Shown piece after piece: positions 37,601 through 48,861 of a stretch of 64,000 nucleotides of DNA. The stretch covers positions 16,306,001 through 16,370,000 of the forward strand of contig CM119376.1 in the NCBI GenBank assembly GCA_051294905.1. The letters are read 5' to 3'. Made by a program: the position numbers and the translations under genes. Source of the DNA: Botryllus schlosseri (Eukaryota). The notes below the pieces were generated by a model that saw only the letters and a program-made list of their open reading frames with translations, was not told where the DNA came from and did not search any database. Numbering within the stretch: the stretch's first letter is position 1; every line of letters starts with the position of its first letter.

Positions 37601-40600
37601 CCCGCGATTTGTCCCCACCGAAATTTTCGATGTTTTCTTGCACCCATTGTAATCCAAGTTGCTGATCTTTCAAACCTTGGTTACCAGTGATATCTGGTTT
37701 TCCTGTTTCTTTATTAACGAGGAAACCAAACGGTCCTGTAGAACAATCATATATCGAATTTTCAAACACATATTTGAATATAGAGGACACTGGCGGTACT
37801 ACATTTGAATATTGCTTTCAAGACTACATTCATGTTAGTATGTATAACTATATAGTTATTCTCTCGAGAGACTTTGGAGTCAACTATCATTTAAGTAGAC
37901 ACAATCCAGATATATGCCGACATAGTAACTATAGTTACTTTACAATTTTCAAGTGTTTCATCATTGTGTCCCATATGGCGTGGGCTCACTGCAATTGGTG
38001 TACGTCGCACTTTCCATTTTGCCTAACTCAATTTTACGGTAATTTTTGACCGACTTGGTGACCACGAAAATCGATAAAATTGGTATCAATCGAAAGCTAT
38101 ATCGCGGTAGTGATTGTGAAAATATAAATTCTATTCTGCGCTTGCGCGTGGTCCTGGAACACCCAAAAATCATCATCGAATATTGTGAATTGTAACGGAG
38201 TTTGGTATTGTGACGCAACAATGCCGTCTGGGAGCAACGGAAACCGCAAGCGTATTGGCCATTGTTGCGCAAGCGATTGAGCATTCACTCTCACTCTCGT
38301 GCGCGCTTACTCCTCAGCTGCGCCGCTTAGCGCCGAAGGTTCGAAGATTCTATGCCTATTTGTAGTATCACTTGAGACATTCTTGCATAAGTCGCGAAAA
38401 GATACATCTCACAATCTCGGAAGTATAGCCTCCTACGACCAACTGCGAAAAGTATGCGCCTTCCAGACCAAATCTGCTTCTTGAAACTACTTACTTTTAA
38501 GACCTGTCATACTCTATACTTCCCCTTGAAAATAGTTTTGACGTGTCTTGGGAATTACTACTTTTACTTGTATAATTGAGTAGAAATTTACGGCGATCCT
38601 TCTACTTTTATTTGAGTAAAAACGCTGACTATTTTGACCATCTCTGCTACATAGCAAGCTCCTATTTTGCATTCTATGAATGATGTTCAGCAAATCACCT
38701 AATCTGTAGTTAACGGTGATTACAATCACGTCAGCAAAGGAGGCTAATCCACGCCCATCTACGCCATATCCCGACCCTCCGTTGAACGATCCTCCGTGGA
38801 TGTAGAACATAACCGCCAACCGATTGTCTGGTGGAGAGGCCGCATCTGTCAGGTTAACATGCAGGGGTACGTATATGTTAAGGACCAAGCAGTCTTCTTT
38901 CATCTGAAAGAGGGGACGAAAAATAAAGAATGTTAGAATCAATGAAACGTAATCAGTCCATAGCGATCATACAGTTAGCCACCTAACACTCGTTGTAAAT
39001 AGCCTTTATCGGACCGCCCTGCACGGTTGCTATGGGCGAAATAAACATAATAGGCCTACTCTTCACCTAAGAACATTCATTTTCCAATTACTTCTAATTC
39101 CTGTCAATGTCGATACGACAATAGCCCTGAAGTTGATACTTTACGTTTATATTGCTGCATGACTCTTTTCGTCCTGGCAAATTCGGAAACAAACAAGCAT
39201 TTTCGGCTTGCACGCATTTCAGACGATCGTTGACTGAAGCATTGACGACATCCGACGATTGCAATGCCACTGGAGGCTGAAACCTCAGATCTCCAACGGG
39301 CGGCTGGGCGTACGGTATTTGGTAAAAGGTTTGTACATCATCCTCTGTAGCTCCAACTACCATCCCGGAAGTTGTCTGCACGGCGGTCAGCGCTCTCGTA
39401 TGAGACGGACTACGACCTATATATGAGCGACTTCGTATAAATTATGAGTGAAATTAGGAACATATTTCATCGAATCGCGTTTCATTGAACCTTTCGCTAC
39501 ATCGAAACGATGAATTTTTCAGCGTGCCTGACTGCTGGTGGTGGTGATCTATATGAGACGTAGTTTAGAGCAGTGGTTCTCAACCTTTTTCACCTCGCGG
39601 ACCGGTAAATTTTCAAAAAATATTTGACGGACCGGTTAACTATTAAAAATTGAAATTAACCCAAAATGTAAAGTAATCCACCGCGTCTTGCAAGTATATG
39701 GTGCTAGTGAGTGACATTTGGAGGGTTTTGATCGTAATTAATTATGTTCAAGATGGCATCCATTGATTTTACGGTAGTGAGTCTGCTTAGTCGAGGTAAA
39801 ATTGCCTTGTCCAGAGCTACGTGCTACCGTCGAGAGTCGTCCACGATCTTTCGTGCCGAAGGCCGTGGATTTAACCGACCACGATAACTCGAATAATATT
39901 CTTCTCTTCGACAATATCGAAAGAAGAAACGTTTCGGAGTCTAACCAATCGAGCTGGGCATGGACCAGATATCCGGCTAAATTTGCTCATTTTTGGCCGG
40001 AGCCGCATCAGTACTTTTTCTGATACGGCCAGAGTCGGATCGGAGCCGGATCAGCACTTTTCACTAAGAAGAAGATAGCGCTACCCTCTTCCACCCTTGA
40101 ATCGATAAGCAAAGTGAGACCTTCATGGAAGTAAACCACATGTTAAGCCCAGGTTGGCGTAATTACTTCAGATTAGGGTTGGGCTTCATCTTTGGGTTTT
40201 TAATTTCACCTTTGCATTGTTTCAACCAATATTCCATACTATATTGTGAGTAGATAATAATTATTATCAGAGTTTGTCGGACCGGATCACGGCCATTTCT
40301 AGAATCCGGCCTGGGAGTCGGACCAGAGCTTTAAAAATAGGATCGAAGTAGAAACGGAGAATTTGTCGATCCTCCCAGCAACACTGAGCAAGCACTTTAT
40401 TGTCGTTCTACCGTGGTCATTGCCTACTACCACCACCAGGCGTACGCCACTCTGGCTACTACGAATGCAATGCGCCGCACGAAAAAAAAAATTGACAACA
40501 GCTATACCTGGCCACCCAGAAAACCAGGGATGAAAAAGCACCTCGCAAGCCCTCCTACAACACATGTTGGTCTTGGGCCCCCACAGGATGATAAACCAAA

Positions 40601-41508
40601 TTTGAAAAAAGTTGAATAAAGATTCAAAAATGGCCAATGGGTTGTGGGTTCGAGTCCGACCGAGGTCGACTCCAGAAATCCTACTCAAGTGTTGGAGGTT
40701 TATTTAGGCTCCTCCTAGCCACGTGATCCGCGCCATAAATGTCTTATAAAAGCCTACAAGTGGGCCGAGCTACCAGTCAGTAAATGCGGAATAAAAATAA
40801 AGAATATCGGCCTGGTGTAAAATGCCCAATATAGTCGAAACACCACGAATATCAACAAACAAATTTTATGTTCATTCACAAAATAATTTTGGGACCCTTC
40901 AAGCTCGGTCCCGATCCAATTTGGGGGTTAAGGGTGCGGTGGCTACGGTCCAACACAAGATGAATGAAACGCAAATGAATGGTCGCGCAAACTACACGGT
41001 TTGGTGAGTCAGCTTTTACTTGTCGCTCTCATGTCGACCAATGACACGCCTTGAACTTCAAGTCAAATTAAATATATTACCTCACGAAATGATGAATCAG
41101 TTTAAAATTTTATGTTTCATTTATTTTATCAATGAAAAAGCCTTCAAGATGTTTCATCTTGAAATTAAGGTATAAAATTGTAATATACCTGGCGGACCCG
41201 CGGTTGAGAACCACTGGTTTAGAGACTTCTCACACTATATCTACAGCCCATTCGTGCCACTAAATTACTACATTTGTGGTTTTACAAAGATCTGTTGGAT
41301 GTTATAATATCAACTTACCCGTTTGCTCTTGGTCTAAAGATTCTGCTCCATAAGACGAGAATGTGATCGAACCATCATATAGTTTTTGATTTTTGGCTGC
41401 ATCAAGCCAGACACGCGATAGTACATAGGCCTGATCATGTCGAGAAGCAGAATCGACGTAATATCCATTGATCAGCACGAGTAAAGCTAATGCATCAATA
41501 ACCCTCAT
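31684..41508 (-). CDS. Type-B carboxylesterase/cholinesterase-family protein, ~668 aa, signal peptide and C-terminal hydrophobic (GPI-like) tail; 10 exons
   Basis: Phase-consistent exons 41319-41508 (MRVIDALALLVLING signal), 39145-39416 (IPYAQPPVGDLRF), 38699-38903 (EDCLVLNIYVP, YIHGGSF, VNYRLG), 37602-37735 (GLKDQQLGLQWVQENIENFGGD), 36889-37094 (VTIFGGSAG, catalytic Ser), 35649-35910 (FRPVIDG; GVQSQE, catalytic Glu), 35429-35583 (YFVCP), 34436-34594 (ATHDDE, catalytic His), 33619-33758 (YWGNFARTGNPN), 31684-31967 (CNFWD, then IFLTLITVSVSAILM). Total 2007 nt. Confidence 0.9.
32213..32314 (-). mobile_element. Inverted, internally deleted copy 4 of the hammerhead-bearing repeat, head-to-head with copy 3
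   Basis: Reverse complement reads TGACGTTATATTTCGTGATACGATTG...AATTCCCTACT-GAGTGTCAGCCGAAAATATT; about 23 nt including the CUGAC core is missing. Confidence 0.75.
32407..32599. mobile_element. 193-bp hAT MITE (CAATGTTCCCTCTA family)
   Basis: Perfect terminal IR; perfect 8-bp TSD CCCCTGAC (32399-32406, 32600-32607). Confidence 0.93.
32599..32632 (+). ncRNA. Minimal type I hammerhead ribozyme with intact catalytic core
   Basis: GCCC-CUGACGA-G-UAUCAGC-C-GAA-AAUGUU-C-GGGU: stem I 32599-32602/32629-32632, core CUGACGA 32603-32609, G10.1-C11.1 pair, GAAA 32619-32622, short near-palindromic stem III, NUH triplet UUC (C17 = 32628). Confidence 0.7.
33940..34304. mobile_element. hAT (Charlie-like) MITE
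   Basis: Ends AAGTGGTTCCCAACC / GGGGAACCACTG; TSD ATATAACC / GTATAACC. Confidence 0.8.
35934..36482. mobile_element. Palindromic MITE related to 30625-31192, one end truncated
   Basis: Starts TAGGACTGTTAAAAAAA; long internal inverted repeat homologous to 30625-31192; sits ~24 nt upstream of the carboxylesterase exon 6 acceptor. Confidence 0.8.
38102..38220 (+). repeat. Dispersed ~115-bp repeat, second copy at ~42105-42212
   Basis: CGCGGTAGTGATTG...GTGGTCCTGGAAC...GAATTGTAACGGAGTTTGGTATTGTGACGCAAC is shared. Confidence 0.75.
39571..41216. mobile_element. Non-autonomous hAT (Charlie-like) element in carboxylesterase intron 1
   Basis: TIR CAGTGGTTCTCAACC / GGTTGAGAACCACTG; perfect 8-bp TSD GTTTAGAG (39563-39570, 41217-41224). 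Confidence 0.9.
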
Positions 41509-42992
41509 GTTAGGAATAGCATCGACAAAACTACATAATGGTCACGCGTGTGACTGTGAACCAGCTTATTATTCGAGCTGAGTGTGCTTGCATTACAGAT
41601 AGTCGCATGTTAATTTGCTCAAGTAACTAAACAAATTATCGGTAAATCATAAACTTTCCTTGCAGTTGAGAGCAAACTATGACAAGTTGAAATGTTGCAG
41701 ATACACCCGATACACTCATATATAGGTGCAAGAGCCCATCGTAATTTAGAAATCAAAAAATGCGTCGTCCAGACTAACTAGCCCGGAAAATTGTTATATT
41801 GGGCCATTTTGTATACCGGGCTTCTTGGAATAACTATAGAATACCATTCCTCGAAAATGTTTACCGAGACTATAGCGTTGCATTTAAAACAAATGGTTGT
41901 TTAAAACACTTTGCTTAAAACATGTTAAAACAGCGTTTTAAACAAACGCCTGTTAAAAAAAACAGAATTGTGTTTTTCTAAGTTGTATGATTAAGCCATA
42001 ATTGTGTAAATACTTTCTAAAAACATGTTGTATGAGCCTACTGACGAATATTACCACCCGATATAACCGACGTACGATATGGGAAGGTTGAAACCAGAGA
42101 ACTACCGCGGTAGTGATTGCGAAAATATAAATTTTATTCTGTTCGTGGTCCTGGAACCCCCAAAATCAGCCTCGAATGTTGAATTGTAACGGAGTTTGGT
42201 ATTGTGACGCAACTACGCTGCGGCACATAAAAGGGGAAATTATTTTCACAACTGTGAACAATGATCATGATCATGCGTCAAACCGTAGGCCTATAAGTCT
42301 GTGCAAAAAACATCTCAAGAGGTTAATATTTGCAAATATTGCCGTCATTCCTTTGGCTGTTTATCGGCAGAGGTGAGATTCCGTCTGCCAATCCTGTACT
42401 TGCTTATGGGCAGAGAGGTGAGATTCCATCTAACACAAAATGACGAAAGGGCACGTGCTCTTTCAACCCCGCAGTTAGTAGTTGTGATACGTATTGGGAA
42501 TTACTACTTCTACTTGTTGTCGACTACATATTCTCGGCGTACACAAGTAGAGCAACGCTGACTACTTTGATGACCACCTCTGACGATTGAGCGAGACCCC
42601 AAGCTCACCGAGGATTGGAAACCTACAACAAATCGACGCCAAAATTTATCCTGCGATAAAACAACACACCCCCGACGGCTATGTCAATATTAGACAACGA
42701 CCACTCGCACTCGACAAGCGCAGATTGACGAGCGAGCCGATTACCGCCCAGAATAGACGGCGCAAGGTCTCAACGATGGTTTTCCGCACATTGTGATATG
42801 AGACCGCACACCACTCGACACGACTCAAATTTGGAAATATGTTATTTTTGCATTTCATAAGTGTCGCGCGCATTCGAAACGTGAACAAGGAGTCAAAACC
42901 AACACAGTGTCGCGGAAGATTCTTAAAGTAAAACATTCGATTTGGAAGTATAAAATGGACCGTGCCGAAACACGGTATGGAGCGTGGAAAAT

Positions 42993-45900
42993 TCAATTCT
43001 CGATTATACGACCGTCCAGTACGTAGTCGAGCCACGCGTTCCACTGGTACGGTAGTTTTAAACTTCTGTCGGAACCGGCGTCCGCGTCGCCGTAAATATA
43101 CGTTCTCTCGTGTATTTTCGCCACGTAGCCGGTCCACTGCCGCAGTATTTCCCTCTCTGTGCCAGTGAAAGAAAATCTTTCTTTCGAGCTGGACCAGAGT
43201 CCCACGTCCGGGTCGCGCGGGCACTGCGGGCGAAAATGAACCTTCAAACGTAGAAAGCCCGTCACCCACACGTCGTCGATCCAGAAAAACGGCAGCCACC
43301 TGGAAACCTGATAGATCTCGCCGACGAGTTTTACATTCATTATGTAAAACCCGCCCAAGCAGTACGTAGGGAATTCGTACAGGCCGTATTCTTCCGAGCT
43401 CAAGTACCACTTGCTTGATTTAGATCTTTGCGCTCGCGGGTGTACGACGGTGCCGAAGCCGCACATAATCGGCAGGTGCCCCAGCATTTCGCAAGAGTTG
43501 TGAGGCGCAGTCGAGCGCGTGGAGTTGCGCATCTTGTCGATCTCGTCCACGATGCGGGTCCAGTCCGGCAGCATGTCGTCGTCGGCGCTAACGTACATCC
43601 AGTCCGGCGGAAATTCGGAGCTGGCGTACTGCATCCCGGCCAGGGTCTTGAATCCGATGCTCCTGAAAGCGGTGGTTTGTAGAAATTTGAAAAGGATATG
43701 CATTTACAGACCGCTGACAAGCGGAGGCCGGTCAAAGTAGCGGGCGTTGTTAGTCTAGCAGGAATACAAGTAACGGCGTAAATTTCTACATAATTACAAG
43801 TAGAAGTAGCCATCGCGAGCGTACGTAAAACTACTTCAAGTCGAAGTAGAAAACAAAGCTCCGATCAGTACTCAAGCGAGTGGTTTTTTCGTGAATGGTT
43901 CCGTGGTTGCTGGCCAGTGACACTACGGATAGCCGTAATTTTCAGAAAATCATTCAGTTACCCAAATCCAGGGGCTCTCGATCATTGTCACGAGAATTTC
44001 AGTCGCAAAATTGATGCAAGCGTATCCCAAAATTATGCTTTCTACTTTACAAAACATATAGTGTCAAAAGTATAAACCGTTTTGCCTGAAAATTTGTAAG
44101 GAGAAGAATAAGTAGTCTAACATGACCACTTGACTAAGTAGTGAAAGTATAGGCCAAACCTACTCGATTGCCCCGAAAAGTTTTAAGTACTTCGGTACGA
44201 ACCAACTCCGCTAACAGGGCGCCGCCGAGACATTTCAGGCCCGCGGGGCAATCATCAGTCTCGGCGACAGATTCAAGTCCAGTCACGGGAATTTCAGCTC
44301 GATAAAACTGACTAGTGATTACGAATAACTGATTCACATATTACACCGACGGTAGTAGAGGTCATAGATTACTCATCAAACCGAACGACTGACATTTCGA
44401 AACATAACTTGCGATCTATACGCCTTCCGGTGTCGATATTGGATAAATTCGTACATAAAATCAGAATCAATAAATCATTAATTTTATTGATTTTCTTCAT
44501 CTCAAAACATCGACAGATCGCGCAATACGAGAAGTAGAGTACATGCTTTGACGGTGAAAAGAGTTTAAGTGTCGCTTCCTTCGGTAGCAAGAACACCTTA
44601 CAGGTCGATGGCAGGTGAGAGAGATGCACATTGCACAGTGACAAAGAAGGTACGAAGAGCAACGAAGAGCCATATGAAAACAGAGACACAGTTTCAAGAC
44701 ATTCTACAGACATCCATATTTTATTTTATGACTTCGTTTCACGTGTCGCCCTTTCTGTCGCTTAAACAAGAGAATATGCTTTCATGAACAAATGTGTTCT
44801 CGTGCACGCACGACACATGTAAGCAAATCTAATAGGTCGGTGACTCCGTGCTTTGGTCCATAGCATTCAGAAGTCTATGTAACGCAAATTTTGTTTTCGA
44901 CAATCAAAAAGCACTACATCAGGAAGCATTGGATTTGCCATCGTGCCCTTTCACACTGACATCCGTATGGTTTAGGCCAGGACATCCCCACGAGCAGGAT
45001 CGGTCGGATACCGCATGCCGCGCGCGTGCCATGCTTTGAACCACCATGAGATAAACCACACAATTCAATTTCCGATCGAACAAGCCGAAGTCGCGATCTG
45101 CCCAGCACGTGGCCCTTTTCGCAATAGCGCTTCGGCTATATAGTTGATTCCTAAATGCGATATCCCGCTGTTCACACAACGCAAGTCCCGAGTCGCAGTT
45201 TCGGATTCTCGAATAAATAATGCCCTTCGGATACCTTCGCAGCAGGCTTCTAGGCACGAGTAATACCCGCTATTCTAAATCGAGCCGATGTCCACGGTTG
45301 GAGAAATCATATGCGGCGTTCGTACAATCGTAGAATCGGGATTCGAGAACAACCGAGCATACCCGCTCGAATTCTTCAAATTCCACGAGCGAGATAGTGT
45401 AATGGTGATGCGTCCGGCCTCTTGCTCGGTAGGTCGTGGGTTCGATCCCCGGCCGGGTCAGACCAAAGACTTGAAAACTAGTATGCGCAGTTATCCTGCT
45501 GGGCGTTCAGCATCCACGGATATCATGGAGAAAAAAACGGGGGTGCAGACTCGTCGTCAAAGCATCTCGACGATGCAGGCGAAAAAGAATATGATATCTC
45601 TCTCTCATCGTGAATTTATTACAAGAGACTCGAGAATTTGCGATGACATTCTGTTAGACTGTGGTAATTCACGATTTTCGGGCTCGCTGACGGCGAAGGA
45701 ACGCTGCAAAATACTGTCACGATACGCCATGTCACATACAACGGAAATGTGAAATGCGCAATTCGCATGGACAAAACTCGGGTCGATGTTCCCGCGTCGC
45801 GCGCGGTGGAGGACATATACAAAATAGACGAAATTTCATCTAATCACAAAGAGTTGGCGGAAAAATCATCAGGAGAGTAGGTTGGACTGCAATTAGTCAG

Positions 45901-48625
45901 CGGAATGCCGTTAAACAACCGGACCGACTGACATAAATTAAAATCTGTTACAACGCAAGTTATATTCCCAAGTTACGTAGCCTATACAATGAACGCATTA
46001 GTTTTGTTGCGCGATTAGACGATTTAGCGTTTTTCGGGCTGTAAAGCCTGCAAGTTATTTCGAACCATTTCAAGGTTTATAACTCTCGTTTCACTTGTAG
46101 CCTCACCATCCAGCATATATTAGAACGGAATATCGAAACTCCATAAATGCAATCCCCTCCATCATGTCTACTTTCCGGGTTCACGACGCAAACAATATGT
46201 ATTATTCAACAGGCTGCGATAACATTCCTTCACGAGACAATTTTGAGAAAATATTACAACAGTCTCGAAAATAAGTGAACGCTTCCCAGCTATAAGATTA
46301 CTTTAAATCCTACGTCGTCCAATTATCATGTGGTCGACCGAAAATATCATCGCTCTATCAAATACGCAGGACCTGACGTGTGGAACAGTGCCCGTCGACC
46401 ATCAGACAGTATAGACGAGCATGCTGTCCACTGTCCACATTCAAGTCGAAATACAAGTAATTTCTATTAAATGAATACTAGTCCGCCCTCAAGATTACCG
46501 GACCACGACCTGACCTCTCGACATTGCTTTCCGTGACATGCCACCCCATATTGTCTCTTGCTTTTCTACAATATCTTTTACTTTTCATTCAGTGTGCAAT
46601 GTGCATGCCTCAGCTTATTTACATCTCCTAGGCGAAGGTGGGTGTCTGATTTCGTCGTTTCGACGCCTTCCTATCCTTTCATTGTGTCGCAATTCTTGAG
46701 GTGGATTGAATGAACTGATAAAATTGCTAATAAACCGAACCAAACCTATTACGGCAAGTAACCGATTAGTTGTGGCTGCAGTCAGGGTTGCCATCGATCA
46801 CTATCTATAAGGACAGTCAAACACAAGAACACAAGCCAAAAAATGGTGAAATCGGGACGTTATATAGCAGTCGTACGGGAACTCACGTGTATTTTTCCTC
46901 CAAATCAATTTGCAGAAGGTCGCCGTATCTCCGATGCTCGTTCTCTATGCTGAGCCTTTCTTGCTCGCTGTCAGGGTTGCCCACAATGAAAACGGTTTCG
47001 AGCCGTACGCCGTCAATCATCTCAAACGAACTCCAAGTCATTCGCGCAAGAACTCTCCGGTTTCGGTGTGACGAGTGGGATTTGACAAACACGACCAGCG
47101 ACCACCTCGTTTCTGCATTCACGTTAAAACATCACCGGTAGCGAATATCATAATCAGCTATATGACCCCGAAGCAGAGGTGGTCATGGTAGTTCTATTCA
47201 AGACATGTGCAAACTACCTCGTGGTAGTAGAAAATCAAAGCTTTGAAAAGTATTCCAGTACTTGTAAAAAAGGGCACATATTTTTAGCAGTTAATTGAAG
47301 CTGGCAGCTTTGGAAAAATACTTCGTTTATGCAATTTGCAAGTTGAAGTAGTCATAAATATAACCACACGAGTAGGCCTAGTGGTGCAACTACGCAAAAT
47401 CTAAAAAGTATAAATGTTTTGCTATTGTGCACCTCTGCCCATAAGTCAGTTTCAACACACGCAGCCTATTGAGCAACATTACACGCACGGCAATGAATAC
47501 ATGCGATTATAGTTTTTCTCATACTGCAGCAATCCGGCGAATGCCATCGTCGTACCTTTCTCGAGCCTTTTGACCGCCGAATTGAGGGGCTTGCTCGCGG
47601 TAATTTTCCACGGTGTGATTGAGAAAGTAAATGGTCTTCGCCTTTGCGGCAACTCCATCATGATATTGAGGTTGAGAAATTCCGCAACCCTGCAACCAAA
47701 TATATCGCTGAGTGTTGCGACACTTCCATAGGATAGGACGCAACTAATCTCGTTTGGCAATGTCTCCCGATAATATAATCGAACAGTGAACAGGAAACAG
47801 TCGCGAAACGAAGAGAATCGATATTTCGGCCGTAGCCGATCAGCACTATAGTTTAGTACATCATATGCGTACACTGTACAGTACACTTGTACATATGCAG
47901 TTACAGTTCAAAATACTGCGCTGGTACAAACAGGCATTTGAAACGGAAATCGAAGTTACCCGCACCTGTCACGCGGCTGGTTTTGGAATTGGAACCGAAG
48001 GAAAATGAGGCAGGATGTCGTCACAACGATAAGTAGAGGCAGGAATTTCATTTCACAGAAACATTCGCCTGCATCGGTGGCCACGGGCTTAATCGCCGTA
48101 TCCTAATCATATAGCAACAATATCCGACGACAGCCTTTATATACTACAGAAGTAAACGTTATAGCGCAAATCGCCACCTATGAACGCTGCATACTATAGT
48201 ATCAGCAACAGTGAGTAGTATACAGCTGGCCAGTGCGAAACTAACAAGACGGATAAGGTATAGCGCAGCGCGTGTCACCAATTGTCATGTTTTAATTCAA
48301 GGTCTGCGAAACTAATGCAATAGTGAGCTGCCCTCAAGCTCTAACTCATATCCACGAAATTCCGCCTTGATTACTAATATCGTAGAGCATAAGCGAGGAA
48401 ATATTTATGGACTAGAATTAGAACTGAACTTTCTAGTCACTCTTTGGAAACGCGTAGTTCGGATATTCATAAGTAGCTGACCGACTACCACGTAAGACAA
48501 TTGAAACAAAATGCAAGTACTACGAGATATAAAGCGTAGCCCAACGTCACTGAAACAAAATTAACACTCATGTCGATCGCTACTCTGACGCCGCCGAACA
48601 AGCGTAGTGTTCGTAGTGCAGACAT
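42993..48625 (-). CDS. Glycosyltransferase family 31 (beta-1,3-galactosyltransferase-like), type II membrane protein; 4 exons
   Basis: Exons 48489-48625 (ATG and TM helix VNFVSVTLGYALYLVVLAFCFNCL), 47556-47689 (stem), 46887-47112 or 46887-47157 (WSLVVFVKS...RVLARMTW...EHRRYGDLLQ), 42993-43662 (KTLAGM, DXD motif ADDD, YPTYCLGGFY-like FPTYCLGGFY, IDDVWVTG). Phases 2/1/2 are consistent. Confidence 0.85.
44221..45800 (-). mobile_element. Highly decayed Penelope-like retroelement (RT C-terminal and GIY-YIG remnants, 3' hammerhead relic), interrupted by a SINE
   Basis: Minus-strand peptides PKGIIYSRIRNCDS...AFRNQLYSRSAIAKRATCWADRD (resembles the PLE thumb motif SIPYSQ..RIRRICS...F..RGY...I.RA...A...DR) and SKHVLYFSYCAIC (resembles the GIY-YIG lead-in). 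A hammerhead-like motif lies downstream at 44221-44270. Confidence 0.5.
45386..45552 (+). mobile_element. tRNA-derived SINE with a central domain resembling the Meta domain
   Basis: A box TAGTGTAATGG (45395-45405), B box GGTTCGATCCC (45439-45449), then GGGTCAGACCAAAGACTTGAAAAC...CCTGCTGGGCGTTCAGCA. Confidence 0.8.
46200..46746 (+). mobile_element. 3' end of a CR1/L2-group LINE, degenerate
   Basis: SIKYAGPDVWNS (46354-46389) and frameshifted STFKSKYK*FLLNEY match the C-terminus of L2/Crack-type ORF2; tail AATAAACCGAACCAAACC (46729-46746). Confidence 0.65.
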
Positions 48626-48843
48626 TTTGAAGGGCAATTATTATCCTCCGGGCCATTCTTCGCCGCGTCAGTACGAGAAACACCCTTCGGTACCGGCAAC
48701 ATTCGGATCAATAATGCTGTGGCTTTGCCCATTCTGCAAGTCCAGATTGAGAATTAAAACAGCTGTCTGCGAATTCGTGAAAATATCTGATTTTATTCGC
48801 ACACGGTCACTCGAGTAGTCAAACACGTAAGCGTCGTTACCCG

Positions 48844-48861
48844 CTATATAAGTGGGCGGGG
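48844..48861 (-). promoter_or_regulatory. GC box plus TATA-like box, candidate core promoter of the GT31 gene
   Basis: Minus strand reads CCCCGCCCAC-TTATATAG, ~220 nt upstream of the ATG at 48625. Confidence 0.5.

Noticed and set aside
40630-40680. tRNA/Pol III gene (TGGCCAATGG...GGTTCGAGTCC)
   Set aside because: Box spacing is too short; at best a deleted SINE fragment inside a hAT element.
41508-42993. GT31-carboxylesterase operon
   Set aside because: Same strand and 1.5 kb apart, but the gap contains repeats and no clear supporting signal; too weak to call.
45386-45460. tRNA gene
   Set aside because: A and B boxes are present but there is no convincing cloverleaf, and it continues into a body shared with 5168-5320, so it is a SINE head.
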